Positions 50,984 to 63,658 of a stretch of DNA of 64,000 bases are shown in pieces. The stretch's first letter is position 1. Each line of letters begins with the position of its first letter. The DNA lies in contig OU015568.1 of assembly GCA_907165135.1 (NCBI GenBank), forward strand, positions 558,001 through 622,000, in the 5' to 3' direction. The position numbers and the translations under genes were made by a program. The DNA is from Oikopleura dioica. Its lineage: Eukaryota; Animalia; Chordata. Below the pieces are notes generated by a model that saw nothing but the letters and a program-made list of their open reading frames with translations, had not been told where the DNA came from and made no database searches.

Positions 50984-51885
50984 CAGGGGTCTAAAAATCA
51001 GCCGAAATCCTAGTGCGAAAGCGAAGCGAAAGCGAACGATTTTTTCAATTTTTTTGCGAAGCGAAAGCGAAGCGAAATATCATTAAAATTGCGAAAAAAA
51101 GCGAAAATTTTTTCGCTTGAATTGAAACGTACTCTTTGGCAAGAATCTTCAGCAATCAGCCACTCAAAAGCGAAGATGATTTCAAAGTCCTATTTTTGGG
51201 GAAGAAAATTACAAAAATCTGTTAATGACTTTTTTCAGCTATTCAATATAATCTAATATTGGTCTAACTGTTGATAATTCCAAGGTAGTAATAAACTCGA
51301 TAGCAGGACTGACCATTCGGGCATGGGGCAGTCGGGCAAAACGAGCAATTTTGACGAAATTTAGGAGTTTGGGTAAAGTGTGACCTATCAAATGGATGCT
51401 CGGAAGATTTTGAGTCATCCTTTAATCAATATGTCAGGAGAAACGGTCCCAAACGTAGTCAATCGAACCGGCAAAATTATGAAAAAAGGCATAAATTGAT
51501 GAAAGTTCTTAAAATTTCCTACTGATTCCAAAAAGGTATGGTGTTCTAGGGTTTATAAGGCGCAAGTGGGCTAGAAAACCTCCACAGCCTTAAAAAAGCG
51601 CGTCATTGTGATCATTCAAAAATTATTCTAGCATACTTACAATAAAAAAGGCTGGTTACAACGTGTTAACCAGTCTGCTACACGGTCAATCCTTGGATTT
51701 GCCAAGAATCTTCCGAATAACAAAGCCGCTTGCTGTGCGAAAATTTATGCGAAAATTTGGGAATTTTTGCGAAGCGAAAGCGAAGCGAATTCTGCTCTCC
51801 AGTGCGAAGCGAAGCGAAAGCGAATTCGCTTCGCTTCGCATCGCTTCGCAATAAAGCGAATTCGCACTGCGAATTTAGTCCCCTG
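50984..51885. mobile_element. hAT-like MITE (about 900 bp) with (GCGAA)n subterminal repeats
   Basis: CAGGGGTCTAAA ... TTTAGTCCCCTG termini; ACTGAAT duplicated on both sides (7-8 bp TSD). Confidence 0.8.
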
Positions 51886-53359
51886 ACTGAATACAAGAGA
51901 CGTGGCTCCAATGGTCTGATTTTTAGAGCGGTATTAATGTTGCTTATTCACCAAAAAAATAAGAGTCCTCATAAACAACAAAGATCCGGAAATTTCTTAC
52001 TAAATTTTCCTCGATTTTCAAAATTTTCTTAATTTTTTTCAAAATCTGTGGAATTGACGTAGGTGGAATTGACCATACCCACTGTACTGGTATCAGACAT
52101 AAAAAACTTGCATTTGACGAAAAGACAGCTAAATTTATTCAGTGATTCACCGCTAATAACTCGTCGTCTGAGAGCTACGATAACAGAAAATCACGTGGCA
52201 CGCGTTTTTTCAGCGGCAATGATTGACCTATTGACATTGTGTTAAATTTTCAAATGCAATTAGCCGATGAAAAATTCACGCAATTCGCGGATATAAAAAG
52301 GAACCAAGGATCATCTTGTCAATCAGTATTTCTTCGAACGATACTTTCCACATGAGATTTTTGAGCTTGTTTTATTTTGCAACGATCCAAGGAAGCCCAG
52401 TTTTTGGCGATGAAACCCAACTAAGGAATGGAATTCAGAAAAGAAACTTTTTTCAGAGATCATTTTTTTCACTAGGGTTAGGGTTGTACAAGTTGATGGG
52501 TAATGGTTAGGGTTAGGGTTACGTGTCAACCTTACCGAATTTCAAGGAGGTAGGCCCTAAAGGCTGCGAAATCCGTTAAAATGGGATATAACTTTGAAAT
52601 TTTAAAATTTTTGAAAAGAGGATATCCATAGAAATTTATTTCCTTTAAATTGAAACCCGCTTTCACGAATATCGTGATGAAACCCTTATTTTTTGAAAAC
52701 TAAATATCAATCTTCGAATTCCGAGCAGAATATTCTCCCCGAAATATCTGAGCGATCCTCCAGTCGAAAAAAGAATGATGAGCCTTGGCAACATTGGATC
52801 ATTCCTCAACAAATACACCCATGGTCAAATTTGATCTTTTCTACTGTTACTATTTGTTAGAACTTTTTTTAATAAAAATCTGAAAGAACAGTGTCTTTTT
52901 TACGCGATATTAAACGGATTGAACCTGCCGCGAAGGATCGCTAATTGGGGAAAAAATACAATTTTATTATGCAAATTGCGACGGGATCAAAAGGTTAAAG
53001 AAAATCAATCCGCCAACTTTGACATTTTTCGCGCCGCCAGCTGTTCCCCAAAGATCCAAGTACCCGGCTCAGTGCACCGTTCTATCAGAACTTTCTCGAG
53101 CTTTTTGAATTTTTTTTCGAAGTTGGAGAGAAAGCTCAGAGCAAAAATGATTTTGTGCTTTATCTGCAATATGGAAATTTTCGAAGCCCATTATTTGAGA
53201 ATTGGGGATAGCTTCAGGAATGATACAAAAAAGCTTATTTATTTTTTTTTTAATAAAATCATATTTTGGAAGGACCATAAAAATGTTCTCCGATAAAAAT
53301 CGCCGATTTTACTATTGTTTTTGATGATTCGATTTGATAAAAATAGATTTATTGTTATC

Positions 53360-54325
53360 CCAGAATTTCATGGCCGCTTTTATCAAAAATCAGTCATGAA
53401 CAATGCTCCTACTGCGTCATGTGCAGCCGCCATCTCGCCAACGAAACCACCTGCTTCTCCGTCAACAACAAGATCTACTGCCGAGAAGACTATTGCAGAA
53501 CCCAGTGTACCCAGAGCTACCATAAATGCCGCGGAAATCAGTGCACTCGCTGCGGGTTTTTAATTAAACAAGGGGAGCTCTATCAAACTGCGAAATTTTC
53601 AAAAGTAAAACTTTCTATTTCTTCTATGTTTTTAACTTCTTTAGTTTCATTGGAACTGTTTCTGTTGTGTTGTTTGCAACACGCCGATAAAAGCCGGAGA
53701 TCAATTCATGCTCACTTCAGGACTTGTTCATTTCCTTTTGAAACCCCTCTTTTTCCATTTTCATGATCAAAGAAAAAAGACTCATTTATAACCTGCATGG
53801 CTCACTCGAACCAATACTCTTGGCCAAACGATTCTCCGGACTCTTATGATTACAAAAGTCTTCGAACCCCTTTTGACCCGCGCTACAAGCAGAAGAGAAT
53901 CAGGACCTCTTTCAAGAACTATCAGATAAGCGCGATGAAGAGGGCATTTCAGCTGAAGCCAAACCCTGATGCCGCGGATTTGAAAAACTTAGGAGAAAGG
54001 ATAATATACTTTCATTGTATTCTTCTTAAGAATGGTCGTCGATTAGCTCGATTTGTTAAAAATTTAATCTTGGAAATATCATTTTCAATAACTTCGATAA
54101 AATTAATAAATAATACGGCAAATAGAAAAATTATGGTTTTTATAAACCTTTTTAAAGCTATCGAAACTGGTCTTACAAAACGAGTTCTTCAAGTTTGGTT
54201 CCAAAATGCAAGGTTTGTTATTGGTCTTCTTCATATTTCCTTCATTTTCTAGGGCAAAGCAGCGAAAACTCACGACAGATCAATCCAAAGCCGAAACTTC
54301 CAGTCCGGAATCAACAATGAGTTGA
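53360..54325 (+). CDS. Lhx2/9: LIM-homeobox transcription factor, Lhx2/9 (apterous)-like; 5' end unresolved
   Basis: LIM motifs C..C..HL..ETTCF..KIYCREDY and FHWNCFCCVVC; homeodomain KRIRTSFK..Q...MK..F...NPDA.DLK.L..TGLTKRVLQVWFQNARAK. Confidence 0.88.
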
Positions 54326-54699
54326 AATCAAAAATCAAATTATTTCACCTTTTATTTCTAATAAACAGCCTTTTTATACAAAAGCAAAAGCTTTATCAAC
54401 ATTTTTATACATTGAACTGAGGTCATCAACGGCTGACAGAAAGGCTGGAGATCATCCCCTTTTTTCTTTTCGTTTTTTTCGTTTATGTCTTTGCCATTAT
54501 CAGGTCAGTTGATTCGCTTGGCATTTTGTCTGAGAAGAGAATGTATAGATAAAATTACTGTATGCTGATGATCTACCTGTAATGGGCCAGCATAGCTCTC
54601 TACTTTCGTATTGTTTAAGACGATAATATGCTGAGTTTGGCGGACAAGAGGATGAGCAGCCGATCTAAGGAATAAAGAAAGCGCAAATCTACTACAAAC

Positions 54700-56300
54700 G
54701 CTAATGAATGTTACTGTATTACTCCCGGCTTAGAAAGCTGAGTCCTGATTCAATTTTTTCGAGCAAAATAATTGAGTTGTTAACTTTACCTGCACTTTAC
54801 TGCTGCAAATTTCCTGTCGCTTTTCTTCTTGGCTTTGAAAGAGTTGCCAGCCAAGAGCAATATCGGATTGATAATATAATGGGCGAAGCGTAAAAAGAGC
54901 GCAATTTGCCAGAAACTGAGGATAATCGGATCTTGCGCCTTGTAGTCTGGATCTGCTCGTGGGTCCTCATTGATCTCAATATGCTTTCAATTCATGATAT
55001 TCGCCAATTGTCAATTGAGGACCCAAGTAACAAATGCTTCGACGAAATTGGTCATGGAATATGGCGTCCAGGTCAGCACAAAGAAAAATATACACATCGC
55101 TACTCGTCGCTCGACCACGCCGAGCGTCTGCTTTCCAGATTTGCGCGAGTGGTTAAAACTGGATAATTCCCTCTGTGTCCGGCGGATCTGAAGAAAGGAG
55201 ACTAAATAAACTGGTAGACAATGGGTATTTCGTTGGATAATCGTTTTTATGTAAAAGAGGCCTTCGATTATGAAATTTTGATGAAGAAAAAAATACCTGA
55301 AGAATCATCAGAATCGTGAAAATAACAATGATTGGGAACGGCAGCGCGAATTGAACGATAAACATGACAATAATTTGCGTCATCTTCGCCTTCCCAACAA
55401 TCGTGTTTAGGCACAGCAGCTTCTGTTCGTGGAAAAAATCTGGAAACACGACCGACATGTCGATAACATTATGGAAAATCAAGGCGGGAAGAGCCACGAC
55501 ACTGCTGAAGACCATCACGCCAACGAGGAGGATGATAGGAAGGTGGTATGGAAGAAATTTTCCCATTTTTTTGGTGGCAAGATATCGAGAGATTGCTTCT
55601 CAAGGCCTTTTCAAACTGTCAATTTTTCTTTATCAGCCATATAATATGAGTCATATTATATCATATTATATGACTCATATCATATTATCATATGATATGA
55701 GTCATATTATCAGATGATATGAGTCATATTACTTTAAATTTTTTTTAAATATAATTTTATGATATTATTGTCAAAGGCAGTTCCTAGTAACAGGGTCGCA
55801 TAGACAGAATAGGTATCGCATATACTCCCAAGATAATGTATACTACAATTATCATTAATTTTTGTCATATTGTGTTTTTAATTTCCCATGGCAGCTGAAG
55901 TAATGAGGCTCACCTTTTACAGTAAAAACCGCCAAGGAGCCACTGATCGGACAGATTCACGTAAAGTTGCGGAGGGATGAAGAAAATCGTCGCAACGAAA
56001 TCGGCTTTCATTCGGATTTCCTCTGTTCTCCGGGACATGGTTCAATTAAAAGCATGTTCTTTGTCAAGTTTACTGTCTCAAAGAAATCTGTTTTGAAGAA
56101 ATCCGTTCCTAAAGCAATTGCCAAAAGTGCAAGTTCGCGACTCTTCCATGTTCCGACCGCGAAAGTGAATTCCAATTAGCCCTGAAGAGCAAAATAATGC
56201 GCAAGTTTCCAATAAACGACACCAGTCCGATCCCGGCAAGGAGAAACTATCGGTACGCTCAGCAAAAAGGGGATTATTATTTATTGGAATGGGATCGTGA
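54700..56300 (-). CDS. Class A (rhodopsin-like) GPCR, peptide-receptor-like
   Basis: TM1 FIGN; TM2 ADFVATIFFIP; ECL1 WLLGGFYCK; TM4 VVALPALIF; TM5 FALPFPII; TM6 FVLTWTPY; TM7 IINPILL. Ends approximate. Confidence 0.85.
55640..55732. repeat. Intronic AT-rich repeat of ATATGAGTCATATTAT-like units
   Basis: Directly visible degenerate tandem units. Confidence 0.8.
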
Positions 56301-56488
56301 CACTCGATAATTGCTCAAATGAAGCTTGGAAATGGATTTTGGAGCGATCTCATTATTGGATTATTAGTTTGCATAAAGAATGGCTGATCAGATAGGAGAT
56401 CCAACTTTTAGTGGATTCCGACCAGACTTGTCTCATTAATTTTAGCAGCTAGACATCCAGAATCGCGAATTTCTGCTGAGTTTCTTAA

Positions 56489-56539
56489 GGGGGTAGCCTC
56501 TGGTTGGAGAAAATCAGAATTTCCAAACGGACTACCTCC
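56489..56539. mobile_element. 51-bp TTAA-flanked micro-MITE
   Basis: TTAA|GGGGGTAG ... CTACCTCC|TTAA, with termini like those at 25390 and 29482. Confidence 0.6.
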
Positions 56540-58161
56540 TTAAGCTATTGAAACGAAGCCCTAATTATTGACTTTTTAAAATATTTTTATTAAGGGTATC
56601 ACTTCAATATCTTAATAAAATTCAGCAGGTAATCGAAAATTCGTTGAAATGTGGACATCCTTAAAGAATTTTTTCCTATAATAGGGAAGCCCTATTTTTT
56701 ACAATAAATTGAAAAGCGTTGACCTGAGAGCCGATCGGAAAAGAACACAAGAAGCACTGGAAAAAGCTCCACTCTTGAAAGCAAATCTCATAACAGCCTT
56801 TATCTTTTACAATCTCTGTTTCGTTCATCGTATAAAAGTTCTCTTTGGATAATAAGTTTTCATCTTCAAAATAAGCTTCTGCGAAATTAGCTCACAATCT
56901 GTGATTGTCCGATGCACAGGGGAGCTCTTCAATCTCCAAGGCGCCCCCTTTTTCAGTGATGACTGGCACAACGAACATAAACCAATTTACATGTATAATT
57001 TTCGTTGGGAAAAAGATTGGCTACAGTCTGCAAAGGGTCAAAAGGAATTTAGTCTGAGAAATCATATAGCTTGTTTTTGTGAATTAAGAATTGAAAACAT
57101 CTTCTCAAGATCGACAAACTTTATTTAAACTTCAATGAAAAATGCATTTTACCGCAAAAATATGAAGCCTCAATTCATTTTTGATGAATAGAATCCATTT
57201 CCGAGGTAAAATTGAGAAATTTTCTTTTCGAAAATTCTGAAAAGGGGGGTCCTTGAATTGTTTCTTAGTATGACTGCTGCAACAAGAGTCTAAAAAGGTC
57301 TTTTTTGAGTTTCAGTCGAGTTGTTCTATCTTGAGTATATAAACACAACTTCTTCATTTATTCATGAATACACTTCATATCTGATTTTGACACTTCAATT
57401 TCAACGTCACGAAATTGTTTGACACTCTCACAATATTGACATTTTATTGTGTTCCAAAGTGACCTATGTATTGACTCTTGTAAAGACATGGTTTATTTTT
57501 TGCTTATACTTTTTGACTGATCGCTTATTTGTTGGAAGCAACATATTGATGACCACGAGTCGTTCCGAAAATACCTACTTATTGGTCATCCAGGTTTGAG
57601 TTACCGTATCATTTTTGTATTGTAAATTAAATTGTAGAACATTCTTTCTTACATAATCCAGTCTTATGATGACCCTTGACTAAGACTTGGCCTTTTCACC
57701 TTCGAATCCGGGTTTGATATCATCTATAATTATCGAAACTTTTGATAAAAAAATGCGTTTTCTTCAGTTCTTCTTCATGTAATGTCCCAAACATATCAAA
57801 AGTAAAACTGCCAGTTTTTTAGTTTCTACGCGGTCGAGGCCTGTCAGCAAGCACTGAGAGAATGTGACGGTGACCCAAATTGCCTCCAAGACGTTTTTGA
57901 AGATATCGATATTCCAGGTATTGACTCGACAGAGTCGCATTGTCAAGTTTAACTCCGATTTAATTATATCCTATATTTAGCTGGTGATCGTCCTTATCGT
58001 TGAGTCTGATACTTTTTCTGATCGGATATAGTTGAGTCTGTGAACATTTTTATTTGGAAGCCTTCAAAAAAAATCTTGTCATATACATAGCATTGTCATA
58101 AATCAACTTTTTACAGCGAAGAAAATAAGGAAAGGTTTTGTGATTCGATTGAATCTAGAAA

Positions 58162-60945
58162 TTAATCAAAAGTAATGAGATCTTCAAGAGATGATCTTCG
58201 TCGTCGGGCGCAAGTTGGTGCAGCTGCGCAAGCGCTGGTGGCATCAGCTCGGTCGCAAACGGTGATCTAAAAATGGGCTTAGTTTGGAAAAATAGTTGAA
58301 GGCAGGGGAATCGAGATCGTGATACTTACATCGCAGCTGAGTTTTTCATTGTAGTCAACGTTCTTCTCAGCCGAGACGAATCGGAAGCTCATGTACTCGA
58401 AGTACACAGAGTCCGCGTTGTGAATTGGTCGAAGGGAAGCATCAATTGGCCAAGCTGAAGTGTCTTCAAAGTCGAATCCAACGAGGTCTTGTCCGCAACT
58501 ATCTTCAAGGATTGGGAATTCAATGCTGAGCGCTTCGTTGATGATTCGACAATCGGTGACGGAATAGGTGACAGTGTCGGGGAGAGAGGAGTTGGTATCC
58601 GATCCAGTTGGCTGAACAATTTACTTTCAAGAAATAAAGAGCGGTCTTACATTGATTCCAAAGTACACGATGTCTCCACTTTCGAAGGAAACAGCGCTAG
58701 CAAGATCGGTGTAAAATCGATCAGTGAAAAAGTTGATGTCGAAGCTGAACTCTCCAAATCCAGTCTGCTCACCAGTGTAGGTAGCGTTGAATTGAGGATT
58801 GCTGACGTCAAAGTTAAAGTCGGTCTCATTATCGCCGCCGAAGACAGCAGTGACCAAGGAAGGATACGAGCAGGTGAAGGCGAGATCGATTGGCTTGTCG
58901 ATGGAAATGATGGTCGAGTGTGTTTCGACGTGGAGGATTTGGTTGAAATCGAGATTGGCCCCATTGAGCGAGTTGAGAGTTCCACATCCGTCAAGAGCAG
59001 TCTCGAGTGTGAAGGAGTCTTCATCAAGTGAGCCGACTGTTCGACAGTCGATGGAGCTGTCATCGATGAAACTAGCCTCGTACTGGCTATTATCGTTGAA
59101 AAGGTCAGTGCTGAGGGTGACGGTCATTGATGTTGAGCCGCAAACGACAGTGGCAAGGCCAGCTTTTGGAGCGCAGAACCAGACATCGTTGTCTGAATCG
59201 TATAGGTGATCCCAAAACTCGTTCGGGCAGTCAAAGAATGGAGTGGTTGTAGTGGGAGAAGTTGTAGTTGTGGTAGTAGTTGTGGTTGTAGTTGTCGTAG
59301 TGGTAGTTGTAGTTGTTGTAGTTGTGGTGGTTGTCGTCGTTGTAGTCGTGGTAGTAGTTGTGGTAGTAGTGGTTGTTGTCGTGGTGGTAGTTGTCGTAGT
59401 TGTAGTGGTTGTAGTTGTTGTCGTCGTGGTTGTTGTGGTCGTGGTTGTTGTGGTCGTTGTCGTTGTTGTTGTTGTAGTAGTAGTGGTAGTTGTTGTAGTA
59501 GTAGTGGTAGTTGTAGTCGTAGTCGTCGTCGTTGTAGTTGTTGTAGTTGTGGTAGTGGTAGTAGTAGTAGTTGTTGTTGTTGAAGTGGTTGTTGTAGTTG
59601 TCGTAGTTGTCGTTGTTGTAGTAGTCGTGGTCGTTGTTGTTGGAATGCATTCGTAGGCATTTCCAGTCGCTACATCAAAATTATTGCAGGTATCGCCATT
59701 GTCGAAATCGCATGAACTACGAGCTCCTTCTGCGCATTCATCGTAGTCTTCACATTCAAAAGTGAATCCAAAAGTAGCTGGGTTGAAGATCGACTTTTGT
59801 TTGAACCCGGGAGGACAGTAGCATTGTTTGCTCAGGACACCGGAACTGCCGTAAGTGACGTGACAAAAAGTCAAACCGTCGGCTTCTGGTCCGCAGTCAG
59901 AGGCAGTACACTCTTTTGAGGATTTAGCAACACATTTGCAGTCAGCGAAATCGGCATAGATGGGGTTGCGCCAGTGGGAAAATGGACTTTTTTTGCACTT
60001 GACCTGGAGGGATGAAATTTTGTGGACATATTTCTGAGGTCCTAATCAAGAAAAAAATCAATAAAAAATTTCGAAAAATTAAGGGTATAGGGGTCGAAAA
60101 ATCGATTTTTTCATTTTTGCAAAATCAAGCCTGAGAAAACCTAGACTATCATTTTAATAGCTCAAAAATGAGTTTTTCGAGTCAAAAAAAGTCGAAGCGA
60201 GATAAAGTATCCGCAGATAAAGAAATTAAAATTTTAAAACATTCAAATAAAAACCATAATAAAAAGAAAAACTTGAATAATTTGTATTTCCACCTCGAAT
60301 GGGTGTGGGTGGGGTTGGGGACATAACTGAGATTGATCACCTCAGAGTCCAACGCCGATCTCAAGCCCCTTAAATTTAAAAATCAAGGAACGGGGCTGAG
60401 ACGGCCCTTTCTATACATTTTTGAGCATTATTTATGATATTTTTCCAAAGAAAGGCGATTTTCGGCCAAAACGGAAATTTTCAAATCGGCCGCATTTTCG
60501 TTACCGGGCGTTACCGGACGAGATTAGAATGGATCTATAGAGAGCATCGTCTGAGCTTTCTTGTGGTGGTTTCCGTTTGGTTGTGGGTCGTTGTGGTTTC
60601 GACGTATTCGACAAAATGTCCAAAATTCGTGGTATTTTTCCGAAAAAATCGCGATTTTACCACCAAAATTCAAAAATTTCTAATTTTAACTATTTTTAAT
60701 GAAATCTCCGCCAATTTTTACACATGGTCACGTGGTTTCAGAATTTTTTGAAAACAAACCATTTTTGGCCTAAATCCCACCAGCGCAACCCCAGGCATAG
60801 ACCGAGTCTGTTATGGGGTCATTCTTTGACTCGCAGGCGCACATTTGCGTAGCGTCGTCGCATCCGAGATTCGCACATCGCGGGTAATGGTGGTCTACTG
60901 ACGTGCTCGCACCCACCAGGGCGAGCCCGAGGTAGAAGAGAAACT
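58162..60945 (-). CDS. Secreted EGF + poly-Thr + zona pellucida (ZP) domain protein
   Basis: Cys-rich and EGF_CA-like CEDYDECAEG; ~130-Thr tract; ZP-N (VVCGSTSMTV..C..F.LETALDGCGT) and ZP-C; furin-like RRRR near the end; no TM. Start codon unresolved. Confidence 0.88.
59237..59640 (-). repeat. Coding poly-threonine tract (ACN)n
   Basis: Mixed ACA/ACC/ACT/ACG codons; antisense poly-Val ORF of 137 aa. Confidence 0.97.
60041..60409 (-). repeat. Intronic copy of the repeat family at 11075-11462, carrying a single unit of the 56-bp array
   Basis: Reverse complement matches GGCCGTCTCAGCCCCGTTCCTTGATT..TAAGGGGCTTGAGATCGGCG. Confidence 0.88.
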
Positions 60946-61694
60946 TTCAAGGCTTTTCACTTTATATTGCCCCTCGTATGGGGTCCCTTTCTTTCTCAAT
61001 AAAAAGAAGTTAGGGAACATCATCAGAAATCTCTAGAAATAAAAAGCCTTTCCTTCATGGTGACTACCTCTCTAATGCAACCAGACGAATTCTTCCCCGC
61101 CTTTTATAGGCGCTGTCTGACAGCCGCGCAGAATCACGCGCAAACGTTGGGGTGGCTAGAAAAAACATGCGCATCATCACGAACTAACATTATTGGAAGG
61201 CTCTGCCGGCTTTTATGAAGTGACAAGATTTCTAACACTTTCAACGTTTTCAATTTATTTTGCGAAGTCATTCGTAAATGATGAAAAAGGGACGGGACTG
61301 CTTTTCGAATGTTTTTTCAATCATTTCTTCTTTTTCCAGATTATTGTTCGGACCGTAGATGAAGGAACGTTTCCCCGCCTGGAAAAAAATGGAGCTTGCT
61401 GCGGAAAAAGAAAGAAGGCAAAAAAGTTTCATTTCTTAAGATTCTGTTTTAAGAAAACTGATTGATTTGACAACTTATATACAAACTTTTGGGAGTGGCT
61501 TTGTTTTTTCACTGGTTGTTCACAAATGATGTTTGTTATTTTTACCGCTTTCTTGAATAAATTGGAGCAGAAAGGAAGCCTGTCAAGAGGGTTCAAATTT
61601 TACTTTGAAGCAATTTATTTGACAGAACAAAGATTGAATAGGACGGTCTTCGAAACTGGTATTTTCGAGGAACAGAAAGACAGAGACAGAGAAT

Positions 61695-63059
61695 TTACTT
61701 TCTTCGTCTGTAATTGTCATAGGATCCGTAGCTATCGTAGTCGTAGCCGGATTGGTACTGGCTGTCAGATGCAGAGTAAGCAGAGTCGCCGTACTCGTCA
61801 CTTCGTCCCTATAATTTTATAAAGAAAAATTTTATAGAATGAAAATCACCTTGTTCTTCTTGTTCTTGTTTTTGGTGCCACTTGCCCATTGATTTCCAGA
61901 TGGGGCAGCTCCTGCGGCGGGGTAGCTTCCGTCAGCATATCCGTTATTGTAAGGTGGGGAAGTGGTGGTTGGGCAGTTCTGAGGAGTCTCTGTGCTCATA
62001 GTCACAATGCTGTACCATCCGTTAGCTTCGGCTTCGGAAAGGTGGGTGAACGAGAAGTAGAGGAATTGGCCTTCGAAGTCTTCGCATCCAACGTGGAGGG
62101 AGAAGTAGCCATTGTCGGCGTAGTAGGTGCCGTCGTCGTATTGAGGGGCGCTGATTTGGTGACCGTAGTGGGAGGCGATGTTGGTAATGGGAACTGGGTT
62201 GCCGTACTGGTCGTTGAGCTGGATGTTGTAGACGGTTCCGGCGGTGTGGCCAGCGGCGTTGGCGATTGGAACGTTGACCTGGGAAGGTACAGCGTGTCGG
62301 AAGTCGTGCATGAAGTTGCCGAGGTAGACTCCTGGACGGGATCAGCGTAGCCGTCGCCGTTCAAGTCGCCGTTCTCGGTGCAGGTGATGCAGATGGCATC
62401 GGCGTCGTAGCAGGTCGAGTTGTCGGGGAAGTTAGCGTTTTGCCAGAAGTTGACGACGGAAGCACCACCGTAAGCTCCGACGGCCCAGTTGTCGTACGTA
62501 TGGAAGTAGAAGGTGTTGTCGTTGTAGGAACTGGCGGGGGTTGTCACGAAAACGCCGCCGAGGGAGAGGAAGAAGCTAGCACCGGCGGTGAGCTGGAGCT
62601 GGCACTGGGCATTGGGCTTGACTTCATTGGACCAGAAGGTGACTCCGCATGGGTCGGAGGCGGACTGAGATGGCCAGTAGGCTCCTCCGTGAGCAGCATC
62701 GGGACCACAGTTTCCTTGTTGGAGGATCAATTATTATTATCGTTTTAAATGCTAATAGCAAGAGTATCGCGTTTATAGATGACATAACTATTTTGTCCAA
62801 AATATCGTTTTCAGCGAAGCTTGGATAAAATATATCTCATTCAGAGAAGTTTTAGTAGAGTTATGGTTTTTATAAAAATGATTTTAATTCGCCGTCTTTC
62901 TGAAAAAAACTTATTATGTAAACCCTCCCAAACTATCTAAAAGTCAGCTTTACTCGATTGAGCCTTCCCTGGGTTGTATCCATCAGAATAGGCGCCATCA
63001 TTGGGGTAGGCAGAGTATTGAGCAGTGGCGGCGGCCAAAAAAGTGGCAGAAAACTTCAT
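61695..63059 (-). CDS. Secreted Cys/Asn/Gly-rich protein with Tyr/Asp-rich tail (oikosin-like by inference); 1-nt frameshift near 62335
   Basis: Signal MKFSATFLAAATA. ORF 62002-62730 switches frame into GVYLGNFMHDFR (ORF 61832-62311). Last exon SDEYGDSAYSASDSQYQSGYDYDSYGSYDNYRRRK*. Confidence 0.75.
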
Positions 63060-63658
63060 TTTTTTCTAGAGTTGGAGAAAGCTTTTCGATCTCTTTGCAA
63101 AACTTATTGCTTTGCTTGGAGTTTGATCTTGGGTACACTTGGCGCAGGTTATATACTTGGAGGATAAAAGGCTGACCTTCTCGGTGTAACATGCTTTCGG
63201 GGATTGTGAAGGATATTAGATTATTTATGACGAAACGCAATATTTTGAAAAAGCGAAAGGCCACAGCGCAGCCCGTGCGAAAGTGATTACCCAACGAGGC
63301 CCAAAACTTGCTTAGCAGTACCTTTTTCGTCATTCTTTTTACATTTCCGGAAACAACAAACAATTTAATGCTGAGTTTCATCATAAATTTCGAAATAAAA
63401 ATCTGGTTACGATCAAATTGATCTTTGACTTTTACGCTAGCTATAAATTAAATAAAACAACCGCTCATTAACTCTGACGATTTTCTTGTGCAAATTGCAA
63501 ATTTGTTTAGTCGAACAAAAATAAAATAAGAAAAATAGAGAGGTAGAAATTCGATTCGAAAAATGCGGCTCGCGGTAAGATTCAAAAATCAAGATTTCTA
63601 AAAAATTCATTCTAGGGCCTTTTCTTGATTGGCCAAGGATTTGGTAATTCAATTGAAA

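Noticed and set aside
51663-52032. ORFs rich in RS/AK/EF
   Set aside because: Translations of (GCGAA)n subterminal repeats of a MITE.
56901-57128. Possible JmjC/JMJD4-like fragment (FFSDDWHNE)
   Set aside because: Resemblance is limited to a few residues and no JmjC metal ligands were found.
59124-59660. Poly-Gln, poly-Asn/His/Tyr, poly-Val and Cys/Ser ORFs
   Set aside because: These are alternative frames and the antisense of the poly-Thr tract.
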